Shown piece by piece: positions 63,808 to 64,000 of a DNA stretch of 64,000 bases (its first letter is position 1; every line of letters begins with the position of its first letter). The position numbers and the translations under genes are program-made. Under the pieces are notes generated by a model. It saw only the letters and a program-made list of their open reading frames with translations. It was not told the DNA's origin and ran no database searches. The stretch comes from Squalus acanthias (Eukaryota), in contig CM059442.1 of the NCBI GenBank assembly GCA_030390025.1, positions 22,754,001 through 22,818,000 of the forward strand, written 5' to 3'.

Positions 63808-64000
63808 GGTCACACCAAACCTTATAGGCCTAGAGATTCCACCCTTGTGCTACATTGGCTTCCGGTTAAGCAACGCTTCGATTTAAAAATTCTCATCCTT
63901 GTTTTCAAATCCCTCCAAGGCCTCGACCCTCCCTATCTCTGTAACCTCCTCCAGCACCACAACCCTCCGACATATCTGCGCTCCTCCAATTCTGGCCTCT
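63808..64000 (+). mobile_element. L2-clade LINE ORF2 C-terminal fragment, running off the window
   Basis: LHWLPVKQRFDLKILILVFKSLQGLDPPYLCNLL...LRSS is a typical L2 motif. Confidence 0.85.

Overview
Vertebrate genomic DNA. The repeat content (CR1/HER1-type LINEs, HE1-like V-SINE, Deu-domain SINEs, many GC-rich TIR elements) points to a cartilaginous fish. The + strand carries the 3' part of RBFOX1 (A2BP1/Fox-1): the 133-nt exon (8084-8216), the mutually exclusive B40 (17304-17343) and M43 (19314-19356) exons, the 65-nt exon (21345-21409), the frame-shifting A53 cassette (28031-28083), the 76-nt exon (45111-45186), and the terminal exon (45484-45606, ending RFAPY*) with an alternative acceptor at 45562 and a 3' UTR to about 47.26 kb. 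The RRM exons are not in the window. The rest is intron or intergenic sequence with decayed retroelements and PIF/Harbinger-like MITEs. No other protein-coding gene is supported. I see no wholly new biological system. The best leads concern splicing: three open reading frames across the C-terminal exons, a cryptic donor inside M43, a candidate poison exon, positioned QKI/NOVA/RBFOX motifs, a 189-bp duplication between B40 and M43, and inverted repeat pairs. Comparisons with mammalian RBFOX1 and repeat families are from memory, not from a search.
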